DNA from: a virus
Taxonomy: Duplodnaviria; Caudoviricetes
Length of the DNA stretch: 62,171 nucleotides
Reading direction: 5' to 3' (one strand)
IMG/VR virus record: IMGVR_UViG_3300044613_000656
Span: 1-62,171 of that record
The notes beneath the pieces were generated by a model, which was not told the origin of the DNA, made no database searches, and saw nothing but the letters and a program-made list of their open reading frames with translations. Within the stretch, counting starts at the first letter, position 1; each line of letters opens with the position of its first letter. Below are positions 62,131 through 62,171 of the stretch, in pieces. The position numbers were made by a program, and so were the translations under genes.

Positions 62131-62171
62131 GGTTGGGTTCCTTGGTAGTAACGGTGTGACTGTTGGGGGGT

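Larger units (their letters stand above)
1..62171. mobile_element. Tailed dsDNA bacteriophage genome (podovirus-like), probably complete and circularly permuted
   Basis: Full set of packaging, head, tail, lysis and replication genes in two opposed blocks; no host housekeeping genes; regulatory element at 1-22 would lie upstream of the 62130 gene if the ends are joined. Confidence 0.93.

Overview
The window looks like a complete or nearly complete ~62 kb dsDNA tailed-phage genome. It is podovirus-like (portal, adaptor and nozzle-type proteins, large internal/ejection proteins, no tape measure or sheath). The + strand block (2176-41046) carries terS/terL, portal, a GroES-like chaperonin, scaffold, a Mu gpT-like major capsid, an array of small Lys/Arg-rich proteins, tail and Gly-rich fibre genes, cupin and 2OG-Fe(II) oxygenases, holin, an M15 endolysin and ejection proteins. 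The - strand block (41123-62130, apparently continuing across the window ends into 1751-125) carries a primase/DUF927 helicase, SSB-like protein, SNF2 helicase, PD-(D/E)xK nuclease, family A polymerase (Leu762 type), glycosyltransferase, methyltransferase, Rap1a-like protein, VRR-NUC, a MoxR AAA/VWA-metallopeptidase module and many small early genes. I recognised no integrase, RNA polymerase, tRNA or CRISPR array. The most notable observations are: (1) a peptide-tag family (xxGG and ADGCxxRGKTKG) shared by many small basic proteins and the ejection proteins, plus an 11-aa motif shared by two distant genes; (2) a palindromic TCAC-N3/4-GTGA box concentrated in the early region, including inside genes; (3) candidate structured RNAs (a double pseudoknot after the capsid gene, a loop-E-containing RNA after the SSB gene, anti-SD-loop hairpins); (4) two identical hairpin-interrupted ribosome-binding sites; (5) fibre genes whose variable domain is bracketed by identical DNA boxes. 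All calls come from reading motifs by eye; no searches were run.
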